23,018 nt of DNA from an uncultured Acidobacteriota bacterium. GTDB taxonomy: Bacteria; Acidobacteriota; UBA6911. Shown here piece after piece: positions 19,785 through 23,018 of this stretch; positions within the stretch are counted from its first letter, which is position 1, and every line of letters starts with the position of its first letter. The stretch covers positions 1-23,018 of the forward strand of contig CAWJKZ010000002.1 in NCBI GenBank assembly GCA_963843575.1. The letters run 5' to 3'. The notes beneath the pieces were generated by a model that did not search any database, was not told where the DNA came from, and was given only the letters and a program-made list of their open reading frames with translations. The translations under genes were made by a program, and so were the position numbers.

Positions 19785-20335
19785 CAAGTGGGTCCGAGCT
19801 GAAGAGGCTGTCCGATTCACGTGGGTCCGGGCTTCAGCCCGGACGTCTTTTGATCTGATCTATGTGGCGACGGGCGCACGTTCTAGCGGCCGCAAACTGC
19901 GTCCGGGCTGAAGAGGCTGTCCGACGATTGAACCGCCCGCCCTGCCCGTAAAACAAGTGGGTCCGGGCTTCAGCCCGGACGTCTTTTGATCTGATCTATG
20001 TGGCGACGGGCGCACGTTATAGCGACCTCAAACAGCGTCCGGGCTGAAGTGGCTGTCCGACGATTGAACCGCCGCCCTGCCCGTAAAACAAGTGGGTCCG
20101 GGCTTCAGCCCGGACGTCTTTTGATCTGATCTATGTGGCGACGGGCGCACGTTCTAGCGACCGCAAACTGCGTCCGGGCTGAAGAGGCTGTCCGACGATT
20201 GAACCGCCCGCCCTGCCCGTAAAACAAGTGGGTCCGGGCTTCAGCCCGGACGTCTTTTGATCTGATCTATATGGCGACGGGCGCACGTTCTAGCGACCGC
20301 AAACTGCGTCCGGGCTGAAAGCCCGGACCCACTTG
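19785..20335. repeat. Tandem array of 136-bp REP-containing units (BIME/REPIN-like), family 2
   Basis: Units begin with GTGGGTCCGGGCTTCAGCCCGGAC at 19821, 19957, 20092 and 20228 (periods 136, 135, 136) and are nearly identical. There is a partial unit at 19785-19820. The array closes with a full inverted REP at 20308-20332. Confidence 0.95.
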
Positions 20336-20350
20336 ATCGCTCGGTTAAAA

Positions 20351-21889
20351 CTAATTCTCGGTGCCGTAAGAGACCTGCATGCGGCGGATGGCGAAGCGCG
20401 CGAGGCAGAGCAGGAGCGCGGTTACGGCCAGCAGGCCGGTGACCGCGCCCAGGCGGGATGCGGGCGCGGCGGGGGACAGCAGCAGCTGTAGGAGCGCCGG
20501 CGCGTTCTTGTCGGTAGGAACCGGAACTGGGCACAGCGATTGCAGGTAATACAACACGCTCAGCTTCTGCAGGATCTCGGGGAGGAAGCCGTTGATGCCC
20601 TCCCAGCCGAGAAGCACGGCAGCCGGGATGATCGGGTTGCGCAAAAGCAGTCCGGCGGCAAGAAACACGCTACCGTAGCCGACGCAACCGAGCACGGCAG
20701 CCGCCGTGTACCAGAAGGCGTGCGCCATGCCAGCGCCCCGCCAGTAGGCCTGTACCTCGATCGGGTTGTGTGGCCAGATCATCGCCGCAAAACACAGGAG
20801 GGCGCCGCCGGCAAAGATGGTGGTCGAGGCGATCAGGCCGGCGCCGTACTTTCCGGCCAGGAGCACTTCACGGCGGGCGGGAGCCAGGAACCAGAAGTGC
20901 AGGGTCTTGTCCAGCATCTCGCCGCGGAAAAGGTTCATGAAGATGCCCAGGCACCCGAAGAAGATCGCCAGCCGCAGGTAGAAGAACTGGAAGATACCGG
21001 CGAAGACCTGGCGATCCTCCTCGAAGTTCAGCAGCGGGCTGAGGTCTCTCGAGGCGAGCTTCCCGTCGGAGAAGGTCAGGCGAGCTACGCGTCGCCCGTC
21101 GAAGTAGACGAGCCTGCGGTGCGAAGACCGCTCGTCGACGAACCTCGCGCCCGTGGCGTTTACGACCGTCGTGAACATCCTTCCGTCGGTGCTCACCTGG
21201 ATGTTGAACTCGCGCGTGTCGAGCTCCTCGTCCTCGCCGCCGGCGCTGGCGTGCTTGACCACGAACCGTTTCACCTTCGTGACCGCACCGAGGTCGACCT
21301 GCAGGAAGCGGTCCCACTCGTCCGTGCACCACTTGTCGCTGTTGCCGCCCGAAATGCTGCCGTTGAAGGCCTTCTCGGGGCCTTCCTCGTCGCTGCACGG
21401 CGCACTGCCGGTGGCCGGACGACGCAGTGCCAGGTTGGTGGCGCCGTCGGGACCGTACACTTCGAATTCGTAGATCCTCGCGCTATGGTCGCCGCCATAG
21501 GTGGGCCGTGTGATGTTCAGGCGGACAAACCGGGCGTCCACGGCCGGGTCGACCCCGTGCGTCGTGACGCTAGTGGTCGCGCCCTCGGCGCGGACGCGTT
21601 TGCGGCTCTCCCAGTGGTCGTCGCGGGCCGGCGTCGCGAGCCGCTGCAGCACCGCCTCGTCCGTTTCGCCGTCGCGTATGCCGTCGATCAGGGCGGGCTG
21701 CAGGATGCCCTGCGCCGAGAGCCGGTCCCGCCGGATCTTCACTTCGACGCCGTGCCCGAAAAAGATCACGGCCGGCAGCAGAGCGAGCCCATACACCCAG
21801 AACGCCCGCTTCGACAGGAAGGCGCGCCGCAACTCGATCCTGGCGATGATCCAGGCCTGAAAAGCCGGTGTCGGGTATCGGGTTTTCAT
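20351..21889 (-). CDS. ABC-2 type transporter permease with a large extracytoplasmic insert containing an F5/8 type C (discoidin/CBM32-like) domain
   Basis: TM1 (WVYGLALLPAVIFFG), then a ~245-aa soluble loop, then ABC-2 core FRGEMLDKTLHFWFLAPARREVLLAGKY and further TM segments. The loop has ARFVRLNI, RIYEFEVYG, NLAL.RPATGS, KAFNG, DKWC, LQVDLG and IQVSTDG. Confidence 0.88.
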   Translation of the reverse strand: MKTRYPTPAFQAWIIARIELRRAFLSKRAFWVYGLALLPAVIFFGHGVEVKIRRDRLSAQGILQPALIDGIRDGETDEAVLQRLATPARDDHWESRKRVRAEGATTSVTTHGVDPAVDARFVRLNITRPTYGGDHSARIYEFEVYGPDGATNLALRRPATGSAPCSDEEGPEKAFNGSISGGNSDKWCTDEWDRFLQVDLGAVTKVKRFVVKHASAGGEDEELDTREFNIQVSTDGRMFTTVVNATGARFVDERSSHRRLVYFDGRRVARLTFSDGKLASRDLSPLLNFEEDRQVFAGIFQFFYLRLAIFFGCLGIFMNLFRGEMLDKTLHFWFLAPARREVLLAGKYGAGLIASTTIFAGGALLCFAAMIWPHNPIEVQAYWRGAGMAHAFWYTAAAVLGCVGYGSVFLAAGLLLRNPIIPAAVLLGWEGINGFLPEILQKLSVLYYLQSLCPVPVPTDKNAPALLQLLLSPAAPASRLGAVTGLLAVTALLLCLARFAIRRMQVSYGTEN

Positions 21890-21902
21890 CGTTGCCGACC
21901 TC

Positions 21903-21982
21903 TGGAGTGCGGCGGCTGGACGCCGCTTTGTGGGCGGCGCCTAGGCGCCGCCGCGCAAGCGGTGCCGAGGCACCGCACTCCA
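21903..21982. repeat. REP-like composite palindrome, family 1 (complete compact copy)
   Basis: TGGAGTGCGGCGGCTGGACGCCGCTTT, perfect palindrome GGCGGCGCCTAGGCGCCGCC (21933-21952), then AAGCGGTGCCGAGGCACCGCACTCCA. Terminal inverted repeat TGGAGTGCGG/CCGCACTCCA. Confidence 0.9.
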
Positions 21983-22000
21983 AAACACCCAGTCCCCGGT

Positions 22001-22928
22001 TTACGATCCAATAAGGTATTCATACAACGCGTCGACGTTTTCGTCGGCGGGGATGACGCCCTCGATCTTGTAGCCGTTGAGCGCAATGCGGCCCAGCGCC
22101 CGCGAAAACTTCTCCCGGTCCCGGGTCATCGCGAGCATGCCACCCCGGTCGTCGTTGAGGCTGACCTGGGTGATGTGGTCCTCCTGGAAGAGCAGCGCGG
22201 CGACCCGCGCGGGTTCTGGGCAGCGGATGATGAACTGGCTCGGGTGTTCGTGGATCTCCTCGCGGACATTGCGGGTCTCCCCTCGGCGACGATCATGCCG
22301 TTGGCGATGAGGACGATCTGGTCGCTGATCACGTCCACCTCCTGCAGGACGTGGCTGGAGAGGATCACGTGCCTCCCCTGAGCCGCCCACTCGCGGAACA
22401 GGGTGATGGTTTCGGCGCCGCACGAGCGGGTCGAGCCCGTTGAGAGGCTCGTCGAGCACCAGCAGTTCGGGTTCGTGGGCGATGGCCTGGGCCAGGCGGA
22501 CGCGCTGGCGCATTCCCTTGGAATAGGCCGCCACCTTCCTGTGGGCCGCTTCGGTGAGGCTCAGGCGCTCCAGCGCCTTCCACGCCCTCTCCTCGGCCTC
22601 CGCGCGGCTGTAACCGAAAAGCAGCAGTCCGGTAGTGATGAAGCTGAAGCCCGTCGCCCAGCGAGGCGCGGCGTCGTACTGGGTGGCATACCCGGTGATG
22701 CGCATGAGGCGTTCGGGATCCCGGGGCGAGATGCCGCGCATGCGTGATCGAGCCATGGTCGGGGTGGATGAGGCCGGTCATGAGATTCATCAGGGTGGTC
22801 TTGCCGGAGCCGTTTGGCCCGACCAGGCTCGTTATCCCCGGCGGGATGTCGAGGGTGACGCGGTTCACCCCGAGCACCTCGCCATAGAATCTCGATACCT
22901 CCTCGAACACCACCGACGGCGCGCTCAC
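22001..22928 (-). CDS. ABC transporter ATP-binding protein (ABC-2 type); 3 apparent frameshifts
   Basis: GTG start after GGAG. Walker [10 protein letters not shown], signature YSKGMRQR, Walker B LLVLDEP and H-loop ILSSH are spread over frames, with shifts near 22745, 22415 and 22280. Confidence 0.9.
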
Positions 22929-22942
22929 GAAAGCTCCAAAGC

Positions 22943-22970
22943 GGGTTTTGGGTCTTGGGTGTTGGGTGTT
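22943..22970 (+). repeat. Four tandem heptamers GGGTnTT (G-quadruplex-type pattern)
   Basis: GGGTTTT GGGTCTT GGGTGTT GGGTGTT. The window ends with the reverse complement CCAAAACCC (23010-23018). Confidence 0.75.
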
Positions 22971-23018
22971 CGAGAACCCGGGCAGCGAAGGGTGGCCATG
23001 CGATGCTCGCCAAAACCC

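Noticed and set aside
19785-20335. CRISPR array
   Set aside because: The sequences between the palindromic repeats are nearly identical to each other, the period is 136 bp, and no cas genes are present.
20241-20534. Peptides encoded by the repeat array or REP elements
   Set aside because: The unit length (136/135 bp) does not keep a frame, and these ORFs lack start signals or overlap real genes.
1-23018. Autonomous mobile element, RAYT transposase, phage, defence system, tRNA or rRNA
   Set aside because: No ORF with HUH, DDE, integrase, reverse-transcriptase or nuclease motifs and no recognisable structural RNA was found. The enzymes that would mobilise the REPs must lie outside the window.

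Overview
GC-rich bacterial DNA, most consistent with Acidobacteriota (an Oar-like TonB-dependent receptor with no SusD partner, an ADOP-type orphan permease and a small MARGWESK protein). Thirteen protein-coding genes can be read. The left part looks like a carbohydrate-utilisation cluster: ROK repressor, secreted sulfatase-like/TPR protein, ~1200-aa TonB-dependent receptor and a convergent DUF5060/GH5-like glycoside hydrolase. It is followed by a Tat-signal Nif3 protein, a LolA-like secreted protein, a beta-lactamase-family serine hydrolase, a PQQ/sorbosone-type dehydrogenase with four C-terminal repeats, an MFS transporter, a small probably leaderless gene, an ADOP permease and an ABC-2 ATPase/permease pair. 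Six genes are broken by about 20 single-base frameshifts that look like long-read errors. Two unrelated REP-like palindrome families fill the intergenic spaces, one of them amplified into a 136-bp tandem array. The most striking observation is the ABC-2 permease (20351-21889). Its extracytoplasmic loop appears to carry a circularly permuted F5/8 type C (discoidin/CBM32-like) domain, itself nested inside a split BamE/SmpA-like domain. All family assignments are by motif recognition only; no searches were run.
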